A DNA stretch of 64,000 nucleotides from the NCBI GenBank assembly GCA_024693715.1, contig JAILKS010000052.1, positions 4,214-68,213 on the forward strand, in the 5' to 3' direction. The translations under genes and the position numbers were made by a program. Shown piece by piece: positions 9,967 through 18,728 of the stretch. Each line of letters starts with the position of its first letter. The stretch's first letter is position 1. Source of the DNA: Treponema sp. (GTDB lineage Bacteria > Spirochaetota > Spirochaetia > Treponematales > Treponemataceae). Under the pieces are notes generated by a model that saw only the letters and a list, made by a program, of their open reading frames with translations, did no database searches and was not told the origin of the DNA.

Positions 9967-10806
9967 TTAATTTTTTGTGCTTGTTACGTAACTTCCGGCC
10001 TTAGAAAAATCTTTAATCTGATTAATCTTTGCCATCCAGTATTCTGCTTCACTTTTTGTAGTATATGGACCAACTCTTACACGATAGAAAAGTCTGCTGT
10101 TTGCATCTTCGAATGTAAATATATCTGCAAGAATTTTGTTTGAATCAAGGGTTGAACGTGCATTTTCTGCAGTTTTCTTGTTTGTATATGAAGCAACCTG
10201 TACCCAATAGCGAGTGATTGCTTTTGCCGGTGTAACAGCTTTCTGTGTTTCTTTTTTAGAAGCCTGAACTTTAGGTTCTGCTTTTGCAGTTGAAGTTGCA
10301 GCTGTTTTTGGCTTTATATCTGCTTTTGTAACAGATGGAGAAGTCTGTTTTACAGAGGCTGCCTTTTCTTTTTTTTCAGCTTCTGCTGCAGAAACTTTTG
10401 CAACAGCTTCAGTTCTTTCTTCAGTTGTAATTACAGGCTGTGTTTCTGTATTTGTGATTACAGGTTCTTCTGTATTTGAAACAATGTTTTCTGAACGTAA
10501 TGCCTTAAGATCAATCGTTTTACCATCACTTGGTGTCATATCATAAAAGCTTGTATTGTTTGAAACGATTACAAGATCATTCACGCTTTGTGTACCATCG
10601 AATCCTTCGTTTACCGATGATGTTTTATTTGTTACAGATGGAGTTTCTACTGTAGATGCAATATATGTATCTTCAGCAGGTCTTCTAAGATTATCTTTTT
10701 TAGCATAAGTATCTGCCGGTTTGAAAAATATCATTCCAAAACCAATAACTACTAATAAAAATACACCTGCCGCAGCAATAATCCATAATGTTTTTTTCTG
10801 TTCCAT
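9967..10806 (-). CDS. Membrane-anchored SPOR-domain protein (FtsN/DedD-like)
   Basis: N-terminal TM helix, low-complexity linker, C-terminal YWVQVASY...A...YRVRVGPY SPOR motif. Confidence 0.9.
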   Translation of the reverse strand: MEQKKTLWIIAAAGVFLLVVIGFGMIFFKPADTYAKKDNLRRPAEDTYIASTVETPSVTNKTSSVNEGFDGTQSVNDLVIVSNNTSFYDMTPSDGKTIDLKALRSENIVSNTEEPVITNTETQPVITTEERTEAVAKVSAAEAEKKEKAASVKQTSPSVTKADIKPKTAATSTAKAEPKVQASKKETQKAVTPAKAITRYWVQVASYTNKKTAENARSTLDSNKILADIFTFEDANSRLFYRVRVGPYTTKSEAEYWMAKINQIKDFSKAGSYVTSTKN

Positions 10807-10908
10807 AATTTCCTCTTTTCACCGGTTGTAAATTTATGCCGGCCACCTTATTAAAAATATCGGATTGTGGAATAATAAGTTTAGAACAATTTAAATTTTA
10901 TTTAAAAT

Positions 10909-11478
10909 CTAATTGTTCCATATAAAAATCGGAATTGAAAATTTTTTATATTCTCTTAGAAGATTTTTTTGACTTTTAAATCGTTTAAGAATCTGGATGA
11001 TGGAAAGACCGTCTCTTTTTTTTGCCCTTATAAGTCTTTTAATAAGCGGTGCTTTTACATAATAGATTTTCTGACATCTATTCAATAACTCAGGCGTTTT
11101 GTAAAGAACTGTCGCATTGATGATTGCCTTTTTGTTTTTATCAATAAATTCGTTTGTCTTTTTTATTACATAAGGATAGACAAGCATTTCCTGTTTTTTA
11201 AGAAGAGCAGGATTTGAAAATAAAAGCTGACCAAGAGATTTTCTGTTGATTTCCGGATTTTTTTCATCATCATTTAAAAGGATGTTAATGTTCTGTTTTT
11301 CTGCATCCTTTTTGAAAGTAGCATAGATTGTCGGAGCAAGTTCATTAATTGCGTCATGCACAAGAAGATCTGCATCTATGCTTTTCCATCCGTCGTTTTC
11401 GAAAATTGAACAGACAAAATTTTTACCGCTTGCCATCGGTCCTGTAACTGCAATCAATTGTTTTTCTGTATTCTTCAT
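10909..11478 (-). CDS. coaE: Dephospho-CoA kinase
   Basis: IAVTGPMASGK P-loop, IDADLLVH, NRKSLGQLLF, RAKKRDG. Start reassigned to ATG 11478 (M39 of the supplied ORF), directly after the polA stop. Confidence 0.9.
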   Translation of the reverse strand: MKNTEKQLIAVTGPMASGKNFVCSIFENDGWKSIDADLLVHDAINELAPTIYATFKKDAEKQNINILLNDDEKNPEINRKSLGQLLFSNPALLKKQEMLVYPYVIKKTNEFIDKNKKAIINATVLYKTPELLNRCQKIYYVKAPLIKRLIRAKKRDGLSIIQILKRFKSQKNLLREYKKFSIPIFIWNN

Positions 11479-11479
11479 A

Positions 11480-14353
11480 TTATCCGTGGAATTCACCCCA
11501 GTTTTTTCCATACTCAATGCTAACCTTAAGCGGTACACGAAGAGTAACTGCTTTTTCCATATTTTCCCTGATGATTGAAACAGCTTTTTCAATTACATCC
11601 TTGTCATCCGGTGCTTCAAAAATCAGTTCATCATGAACCTGAAGAAGAAGCCTGACATTAAGATTTGATTCCTTTAATGCTTTGTTTACTTTTATCATTG
11701 CAATTTTTACAATATCTGCTGCACTTCCCTGAACCGGTGAATTTACAGCGATTCTTTCTGCCGCAGCCTGTTCGATTTTATTTTTACTATTGATGTTTAA
11801 AACAGGGCGTTCTCTTTTTAAAATCGTTTCAACAAAGCCATTTTCTTTTGCTTTTTGAACCGTTTCATTTATAAAATTATTTACCCCTGAATACTGGTTA
11901 AAATAATTCGTTATGAACTGCTGAGCCTGAGTTCTTGATATTTCCAGATCCTGTGCAAGTCTGAAAGCGGACATTCCGTAAATTACACCAAAGTTGATTG
12001 TTTTTGCAGTTCGTCGCATTTGTGTAGTTACTTCATCAATTCCGACATTATAGATTAATGAAGCGGTCATCTTGTGAACATCTGTTCCGTTAATGAAGGC
12101 ACTGCTCATGTTTTTATCATTGCTCAGATGTGCAAGAACGACAAGCTCAATCTGTGAATAATCTGCAGAAATAAGAACCTTTCCGTCTGGTGCAGTAAAG
12201 GCTGTCCTGATTTTTCGACCTTCTTCTGTTTTTACCGGAATGTTTTGAAGATTAGGCTCGCGGCAGGAAAGTCGGCCGGTAGCAGTTCCTGTCTGAATAA
12301 AATCTGTATGAATTCTTTCGTCTTTGTCACACATTTCGGGTAAGGTCTGAACATAGGTTGATAAAAGTTTAGCAAGCTCGCGATATTCCAGAATCATTTT
12401 TGGAACAACATCATCCTTTGCAAGCTCTTCGAGAACACTGGTATCTGTTGAATAACCGGTTTTTGTTTTTTTGCCGGGCTTTAAATGACGTTCTTCAAAT
12501 AAAACAGTCTGTAATTGTTTTGGAGATGCAATTAAAAATTCATGTCCGACTTCCCTGTAAATCGCCTGTTCAATCTGTAATATTTTTTCAGAAAGTTCCT
12601 TGCTGTAATCTTTCAGGGTTTTTCTCTCAAGATGAATTCCGTTTAATTCCATCTGAGTCAGGATTGGAAGAACTTTCATTTCCATTTCATAGAGAGATGA
12701 AAAATCATCACCGGTAAAAAGGGAATTGTCTTCAATAGATTTTGTGATTTTTTCGTATTTTTTATTTTCAATAAGTTTTAAATAAAGCTGAAGTGTAAAA
12801 TCAGCATCTTCACTTGCATATCTGTATGCCTGTTCAAGAGGAACATCTGCAAAGGATTGTCCTTTTTCTACGATATCAGAGAATTCAATGCCCTTGAGTC
12901 CGAGAATTGTTTCTGAAAGATATTCAAGGGAAAATGAACCTTTACCAAGACGTTCAGGATTCAAAAGCCAGGAAATAATCATTGTATCAAGAATACGGCA
13001 TTTGATAGAACTGAAAACATCGCTTTTATCACTGATAAAATTATTGTTGATTAATACCTTAAGATCGAATTTTGCATTGTGCATGATTAAATCAACATCA
13101 GAATTTGAAAAAAGTCTTCTTAACTGCACAAAGGCATCGTCTTTTGAAATGTAATTGTTTTCAGAAAATAAATCCTGAGCCTGGTTTTGCATAAGAGGAA
13201 TGTAAACTGCTTTTCCTTTTTCATAACAAAGACTAAAACCAAGCAGGCTGCAGTTAAAGGTATCAAGAGATGTGGTTTCACTGTCGTAGGCGATTGGAGT
13301 TTCTTTTACTTTGCAAAGATATGAATCGATGTATTTTTCCAATTCGTTAAGTGAAGTAATTGCCCTGTAGTTTGAAGTATCGTTTTGTTTAACATTTAAT
13401 ATTTCTTCTGATTCCGGAATTGAAAAATCGTTTGCGATTACCGAAGAAGTTTTTAAGCCGGAAGTTTCAACTGCAAGTTCTGCGTATGATTTTGCCACGG
13501 CAAATGCTTCGAAGAACTTTAATTTTTCGGCAGCAGCGTTGTAATTATATGTATAAGGTTTTGAATTCAATGCGGCATCTATTTCACTGCATGGGACTGT
13601 ATTACAAAGTTTTATTAATTTCTGGCTGAAGAAGGCATTTTCTTTTCCGTCAATTAATTTCTGCTGCATCGCACCTTTTATTTCATCTATGTGTTCGTAG
13701 ATTCCATTTAAATCATTATAATCAGACAGAAGCTTTGCAGCAGTTTTTACTCCGACTCCATGTACACCAGGGACATTGTCTGCGGTATCACCGTAAAGTG
13801 AAAGAAGATCAAGCAGCTTTTCAGGACGAACACCCCATTCGGCTTCAACACCGGCAGCATCGGTTATTTTCCAGGTACTGCCTCCTGTTTCCGGCTTAAG
13901 GATTTTACAGTTATCATTTACCAGCTGCATTAAATCTTTATCACCTGAGAGAATTCTGCATTCTCTTTTCTGTTCTTCGCATTTTTTTGCAACGGTAGCA
14001 ATTACATCATCAGCTTCGTATCCGTCGCATTGAAGAACAGGAATTCCAAGGGCATGAAGTATATCTTCAATCCATGGTATTTGGGCATGAAGATCATCAG
14101 GTGTTTTATTTCTGGTTGCCTTGTATTCAGTATACATTTCGTGTCTGAAAGTTTTTGTTTTTGAATCCATTGCGGCAAAAAGATATTTTGGATTATAGTG
14201 CTGTAAAATCCAGTGTAAATTTCTGAAAAATCCGAATACCGCCGAAACATTCTGTCCTTTTGAATTCGTGAGCGGTCGTGATATGAATGCAAAATACGCA
14301 CGAAAGATTAAACCATAACTATCTAAAATGTATACTGTGTTGTCGTTTTCCAT
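11480..14353 (-). CDS. polA: DNA polymerase I with 5'-3' exonuclease, 3'-5' exonuclease and polymerase domains
   Basis: EADDVIAT and GDTADNVPGV (5' nuclease); DSETT, HNAKFD and YASED (Exo I-III intact); SADYSQIELVVLAH, AKTINFGVIYG, QVHDEL. Confidence 0.98.
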   Translation of the reverse strand: MENDNTVYILDSYGLIFRAYFAFISRPLTNSKGQNVSAVFGFFRNLHWILQHYNPKYLFAAMDSKTKTFRHEMYTEYKATRNKTPDDLHAQIPWIEDILHALGIPVLQCDGYEADDVIATVAKKCEEQKRECRILSGDKDLMQLVNDNCKILKPETGGSTWKITDAAGVEAEWGVRPEKLLDLLSLYGDTADNVPGVHGVGVKTAAKLLSDYNDLNGIYEHIDEIKGAMQQKLIDGKENAFFSQKLIKLCNTVPCSEIDAALNSKPYTYNYNAAAEKLKFFEAFAVAKSYAELAVETSGLKTSSVIANDFSIPESEEILNVKQNDTSNYRAITSLNELEKYIDSYLCKVKETPIAYDSETTSLDTFNCSLLGFSLCYEKGKAVYIPLMQNQAQDLFSENNYISKDDAFVQLRRLFSNSDVDLIMHNAKFDLKVLINNNFISDKSDVFSSIKCRILDTMIISWLLNPERLGKGSFSLEYLSETILGLKGIEFSDIVEKGQSFADVPLEQAYRYASEDADFTLQLYLKLIENKKYEKITKSIEDNSLFTGDDFSSLYEMEMKVLPILTQMELNGIHLERKTLKDYSKELSEKILQIEQAIYREVGHEFLIASPKQLQTVLFEERHLKPGKKTKTGYSTDTSVLEELAKDDVVPKMILEYRELAKLLSTYVQTLPEMCDKDERIHTDFIQTGTATGRLSCREPNLQNIPVKTEEGRKIRTAFTAPDGKVLISADYSQIELVVLAHLSNDKNMSSAFINGTDVHKMTASLIYNVGIDEVTTQMRRTAKTINFGVIYGMSAFRLAQDLEISRTQAQQFITNYFNQYSGVNNFINETVQKAKENGFVETILKRERPVLNINSKNKIEQAAAERIAVNSPVQGSAADIVKIAMIKVNKALKESNLNVRLLLQVHDELIFEAPDDKDVIEKAVSIIRENMEKAVTLRVPLKVSIEYGKNWGEFHG

Positions 14354-14407
14354 AACTCAAGTATACAGTAAGATAGTTTTTGAGAAAAGCATTTGATAAT
14401 ACTAAAA

Positions 14408-16120
14408 TTAATTATTATTAAGAATTTCTCGTGCGTGTTCTAAAGCTGAATTGATGTTATCATAAATATTGTTTCTGCCGAGCTTGTCAGCCATTCCTGT
14501 TTTTTCAATAAGAAGATATGGCTGTGTGTGAATTCCACTTATGACAATCGTAATTCCTTTTCTGTCGCAGGCTGCTTTTGCCTGTTCAAGTGCTTTGATT
14601 CCACCCGCATCAAGATAAATAGTATTTCTCATTCTGAGGATTAAAACCTTGCAGTTTGCCTGTGCACGTTCTGTAGCAAGTTCAAATTTTCTGACAGTTC
14701 CAAAGAAAAGAGGACCTTCAATTTCGTATACAAAGCATTGTTTCGGAATGTCAAGATTTTCTGCCGGCTGATCAGTTTTAATTCCTCCGGTTAAAGTTTC
14801 ACGCTGATTTTGAACTTCACTTAAATCAATCATCTTTTTAATGAAGAAGAAAGCGGCAAAACCAAGTCCAACTTCTATAGCTACAGTTAAATCTACAAAG
14901 ACAGTGATTAAGAAGGTTACGAGGAAAACACATATATCAGATTTTTGTCCCTTAATTAATGCTTTAATTGCAGAAAAACCAGCCATATTCCAGGCAACGT
15001 TTATTAAAACAGCTGCAAGAGCAGGCATCGGAATGTAAGAAGCATATTTTCCTGCAAAAAGTAAAATTACGAGTAATGTAAGCGCATGTATTATTCCTGC
15101 TACAGGTGTTTTACCGCCATTTTTTATATTTGTTGCAGTTCTTGCAATTGCGCCGGTTGCAGGAATTCCTCCGAAAACAGGACTGAAAATGTTAGCAGTA
15201 CCTTGTGCAATTAATTCCATGTTTGAATCATGCTTTGAGCCTATCATACCATCTGCGACAACTGCACTTAAAAGGGATTCAATTGCGGCAAGAACAGCGA
15301 TAGAAACTGCGGTAGGAAACAGAGTGATTATTGTTTTGAGGCTGAAATCCGGAAGCTGTGGTACCGGCAATTTAGATGGAATAATAAAATGCTGTGAGCC
15401 GTTTGCAAATTTTCCTATAGTGTCTGTATGAAGATTACAGTGTTTTTCTAAAATGATGTTTATTATGGTTGCAAGAATTATTACTATAAATGAACCCGGA
15501 ATCTTTTTAATAAATTTTGACCAGATAAAAATAAAAGCAAGACAAATGGCAGCCATTGCAAAGGAATACCAGTTTACGGTTGCAGCACTTTTTATGTATA
15601 CAATAAGCTTTGGTAAAAAGTCGCCCGGCATTTTTGAATATTCTTCACCAAGGATTGTCATCGGTACAGAAAAATCAGGTGAAAGTCCGAAAAAATCACC
15701 CAATTGACCTGCTGCTATTGTAACTGCAATTCCTGCTGTAAAACCGGTTACGATAGTGTAGGGGATGAATTTTACAAGACCACCCATTTTGAATATACCA
15801 AGCAGGATTAAAATTATACCGGCCATTACGGTTGCAGTTGCAAGACCATTCATTCCGTATTGTGAAACAACTGAATAAACAATGACGGCAAAAGCACCTG
15901 TCGGTCCGCCGATTTGAACTTTGCTTCCACCTAATACGCTTATGAAAAAACCTGCAATAATTGCAGTAAAAAGACCAGATGCAGGATTAACACCTGATGC
16001 TATTGCAAAAGCGATTGCAAGGGGAAGGGCTACAATGCCGACAATAATACCGGCAATTAAATCATTTAAAAATTTTTTTGGATTATAATCTTTTAAGGAA
16101 TCAATAATCTGTGGTTTCAT
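14408..16120 (-). CDS. SulP/SLC26 anion permease with STAS domain
   Basis: DLIAGIIVGIVALPLAIAFA, GGSKVQIGGPT, ELIAQG, C-terminal STAS (GPLFFG, LDAGG). Confidence 0.95.
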   Translation of the reverse strand: MKPQIIDSLKDYNPKKFLNDLIAGIIVGIVALPLAIAFAIASGVNPASGLFTAIIAGFFISVLGGSKVQIGGPTGAFAVIVYSVVSQYGMNGLATATVMAGIILILLGIFKMGGLVKFIPYTIVTGFTAGIAVTIAAGQLGDFFGLSPDFSVPMTILGEEYSKMPGDFLPKLIVYIKSAATVNWYSFAMAAICLAFIFIWSKFIKKIPGSFIVIILATIINIILEKHCNLHTDTIGKFANGSQHFIIPSKLPVPQLPDFSLKTIITLFPTAVSIAVLAAIESLLSAVVADGMIGSKHDSNMELIAQGTANIFSPVFGGIPATGAIARTATNIKNGGKTPVAGIIHALTLLVILLFAGKYASYIPMPALAAVLINVAWNMAGFSAIKALIKGQKSDICVFLVTFLITVFVDLTVAIEVGLGFAAFFFIKKMIDLSEVQNQRETLTGGIKTDQPAENLDIPKQCFVYEIEGPLFFGTVRKFELATERAQANCKVLILRMRNTIYLDAGGIKALEQAKAACDRKGITIVISGIHTQPYLLIEKTGMADKLGRNNIYDNINSALEHAREILNNN

Positions 16121-16128
16121 GAAAAAAC

Positions 16129-16157
16129 ATTATAATTAGAGTGAACAGAAGAATCAA
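16129..16157 (-). promoter_or_regulatory. Sigma70 promoter for the SulP gene (near-leaderless)
   Basis: Minus strand TTGATT (16157-16152), 17 nt, TATAAT (16134-16129), 8 nt, ATG; no SD. Confidence 0.6.
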
Positions 16158-16201
16158 GATTGCTTTAAGGCTGACAGGTCATGTGGATTTCTGAATAGAA
16201 T

Positions 16202-16231
16202 AAAAAAGACCGTTCTATGAAGAACGGTCTT
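16202..16231 (-). terminator. Intrinsic terminator after lipoprotein gene
   Basis: aagaccgttct-atga-agaacggtctt perfect stem, with a T-run on the minus strand. Confidence 0.8.
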
Positions 16232-16256
16232 AAATAATTCACAGGATTGGAATTAA

Positions 16257-16760
16257 TTATTCGTATTCAAAAGATTTATTCCATGCTTCGATACCAGTAG
16301 TATCCTGGATACGTAATGTTTTTGTTCCCTTTCCTGTTAAAGTAACTTTTGCAGTTCCTTTCTTATCATTAAGAACAATTGTAAGTGTTCCGTCATATGA
16401 AGGGAATGAAGCATAATCTACGTTTTCAACATTATTTTGTTCTGCTATAGCTCTTTCACCTGAAATCAATTTAACATCTGTTACAGTGAGTGTATCTTTG
16501 TTTCTTATACAAACTCCTGTATATATGTCGTACATATTTGAGCCATCATTTCTTTTTAATGTGTATGATGCACAAAGAGAAACACGTGCTAAGGCAGCAG
16601 TAACATTAGGAACATCTTCTTCAGATGTTACATCAACATCACTGTAAAATTCAAATGCTGTTAAGTCTTTTACCCAGTTGAATAAATCACATGAAGAGAA
16701 AGATAGTACGAGAAAAGCTGCAGCAAAAACTGTTAATAATTTTTTGGTAATTTTTTTCAT
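16257..16760 (-). CDS. Lipoprotein of unknown function
   Basis: MKKITKK signal peptide with SFSSC lipobox; AAGGAG SD. Confidence 0.8.
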   Translation of the reverse strand: MKKITKKLLTVFAAAFLVLSFSSCDLFNWVKDLTAFEFYSDVDVTSEEDVPNVTAALARVSLCASYTLKRNDGSNMYDIYTGVCIRNKDTLTVTDVKLISGERAIAEQNNVENVDYASFPSYDGTLTIVLNDKKGTAKVTLTGKGTKTLRIQDTTGIEAWNKSFEYE

Positions 16761-16855
16761 AAAAAAAACTCCTTAATATGACTCTCATAACGATTGTCGT
16801 AAAATAAACATAAGCCTCCCATACGGGAAACTTCAAACTTTTATTTTATACACAA

Positions 16856-16883
16856 AGTATAGTCTAAAATTTAATTTTTGCAA
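16856..16883 (-). promoter_or_regulatory. Sigma70 promoter for the lipoprotein gene, giving a ~90-nt leader
   Basis: TTGCAA (16883-16878), 16 nt, TATACT (16861-16856). Confidence 0.5.
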
Positions 16884-16960
16884 TAGTTTTTGATTTTTTT
16901 TTATTATTTATCACGCTTTTAGAAAAATTAATTAACTTATTATGAATATGTTAAGATGTA

Positions 16961-16982
16961 TGGTATAATATTGTCCAGGAGG
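16961..16982 (+). promoter_or_regulatory. Extended -10 promoter element and perfect SD of the repeat-protein gene
   Basis: TG-G-TATAAT (16961-16969); AGGAGG (16977-16982) followed by 7 nt and ATG 16990. Confidence 0.65.
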
Positions 16983-16989
16983 CATAATT

Positions 16990-17687
16990 ATGAAGAAGGT
17001 TGTTTTTTGTTTTTTTTTTTGTTATGCAGCTTTAATATATTTGCTCAAAATATTGGTGATAAGGTTTATAAGGAAGTTGAAGTTAATGGTGAAAAATTAT
17101 TTAAATGGCTATTATATGAAACATTAAATGAATATAATTCAGATGAAAAAATAATACATAAACTTACGTTTGAAGAAAAAGTCTATAAAAGTAAATATGA
17201 AACTGGAATAACAGCTAAGACTACCATCAAGACTGATTGGTGGTATGAATATGATGTTAATGGAAATTTAATTCATTCTAAATCTTCTAAAGACGAAGAA
17301 GAATGGTGGTATGAATATGACTCTAATGGAAAAGAGATACATGGAAAAAATTCTAAAGGTTTAGAATATTGGAAGGAGTATGATTCTAAGGGTAATATGA
17401 TTCATGAGAAGAATTCCAATAATATAGATTTTTGGCATGAATACAATTCAGAAGGGAAAGAGATACATGGAAAAAATTCTAAAGGGCTAGAATGGTGGTA
17501 TGAGTATAATTCAAAAGGAAAATGTGTTCATACAAAATACTCTGATGGAAAAGAATGGTGGTATGAATATGATTCAAAAGGTTTTAATATTCATACAAGA
17601 AAATCAGATGGAACAGAATGGTTTTTTGAATATGAGTTTTATTCAAATGGTAAAATGAAAAGTTGTAAATATTTTCGTACCATATAA
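16990..17687 (+). CDS. Secreted protein with ~7 copies of a 21-aa YD-like repeat (WWYEYDSxGxxIHxKxSxGxE), frameshifted in a T11 tract as given
   Basis: Repeats visible from 17238 to about 17640, including an exact 29-bp duplicate (17331-17359 = 17457-17485, 126 bp apart). The SD-led ATG 16990 is out of frame with the body; T12 or T9 restores MKKVVFCFFFLLCSFNIFA|Q. The supplied 16956 start overlaps the promoter and lacks an SD. Confidence 0.7.
17010..17020 (+). repeat. T11 homopolymer in signal-peptide coding region (candidate slippage switch)
   Basis: 11 consecutive T counted directly; the length determines the reading frame of the gene. Confidence 0.75.
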
Positions 17688-17750
17688 AAAATTTTAGAAT
17701 TCTATCCTGATGGTAAAGTAAAAGTTTGTAGAAAGTGGAAAACTTTTTAG
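17688..17750 (+). pseudogene. Orphan C-terminal remnant of a paralogue of the repeat protein
   Basis: In frame directly after the stop: KILEFYPDGKVKVCRKWKTF*. This aligns without gaps to the real C-terminus EFYSNGKMKSCKYFRTI* (8/17 identical, same distance to stop). Confidence 0.65.
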
Positions 17751-17761
17751 GAGGTATGAAT

Positions 17762-18118
17762 ATGAAGAAATTATTTAAAATTGTATTATTTCTTTCGTTT
17801 TTTACGATTTTTTATACTTTAGTTGATTGTAATGGTAATTTAGACAACAGAGTGTATTCATCTGTATCTGGTGGTACATACAAGTATTTTGCTGATGGTT
17901 ATAGTTATGTATTTACATTTAATTCCAATAAAACAGTAAGTGGAAGGGTAAATGGGACTGATTTTTCGACTTTAAATTTAAAATGGAAAGAAAGTGGTAG
18001 AGAAATAACTGTTTATCAGGAAGTTCAAAATATTCAATCAACTCTTTATTTTTTTACTGCAAATAGTACTTTTACTACTTTATCCTATATGGGTGTAATA
18101 ACCCTTGCCAGACAGTAA
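17762..18118 (+). CDS. Small exported protein / probable lipoprotein
   Basis: AGGAGG SD upstream; MKKLFKIVLF signal peptide ending TLVDC (atypical lipobox). ATG 17756 or 17762 is more likely than GTG 17735. Confidence 0.65.
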   Translation: MKKLFKIVLFLSFFTIFYTLVDCNGNLDNRVYSSVSGGTYKYFADGYSYVFTFNSNKTVSGRVNGTDFSTLNLKWKESGREITVYQEVQNIQSTLYFFTANSTFTTLSYMGVITLARQ

Positions 18119-18182
18119 AAAAAATCATATAAGTATTAATTTATAAATTATTTAAATATATTTTACGCAAAGGAATTATAAA

Positions 18183-18728
18183 ATGGCTTGGGCTGTGAAT
18201 TTTTTAGATGTATCTTTTGAAGAAAAAACAGAGTTTTTGAAACAATTCTTAATATCATATTCAGTGGATATTAAATCCAAAAAAACATATAGAGAAGTAC
18301 TTTCTTTTATAGTTGGTGGTTTGTATGTTTGTAAACGATATAGATATATATCAAAAGAAGCTTTAAAGATTCTTAAAGAAAACGGAATTAAGGACATTCC
18401 TGTTCCAAGAAAGACTAAAAGCATTCCTTGTAAAGGTATTACTATAGAACATACTGTTCCTATAAATCTTGCTGTTGATTATTTTCTTTCATTATCCTTT
18501 TCTGATATAAATAATTCTAGATTAGTAGATATAATAAGATCAATTGCAGGGACTTCATTGATTACTGATGATGAAAATAAACAATTAAGATTTGCTCATT
18601 TAAATAAATCATTACCAGATAATATAACAATTGATGACATTATTACTGGAAAAGAAAAACATAATTGCAGATATAATAGGGCGTGTATAGAAGTTGTAGA
18701 AGATAAAAGTTTTTATTGTAATCAGTAA
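18183..18728 (+). CDS. Hypothetical protein with HNH/His-Me-finger-like motif
   Basis: ITIEHTVP ... LITDDENKQL ... RY pattern resembles the beta-beta-alpha-metal EHxxP/N signature. Confidence 0.5.
   Translation: MAWAVNFLDVSFEEKTEFLKQFLISYSVDIKSKKTYREVLSFIVGGLYVCKRYRYISKEALKILKENGIKDIPVPRKTKSIPCKGITIEHTVPINLAVDYFLSLSFSDINNSRLVDIIRSIAGTSLITDDENKQLRFAHLNKSLPDNITIDDIITGKEKHNCRYNRACIEVVEDKSFYCNQ

Noticed and set aside
11479-11592. 38-aa N-terminal extension of CoaE in the supplied ORF
   Set aside because: It overlaps the polA 3' end; CoaE homology begins at M39 (11478).
16956-16989. Supplied start MYGIILSRRHNYEEG of the repeat protein
   Set aside because: It overlaps the extended -10 and the AGGAGG SD and gives no signal peptide; ATG 16990 with a homopolymer frameshift explains the sequence better.
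17238-17640. CRISPR-like periodicity in the repeated DNA
   Set aside because: The repeats are degenerate, in frame and encode a 21-aa protein repeat; there are no unique spacers and no cas genes.
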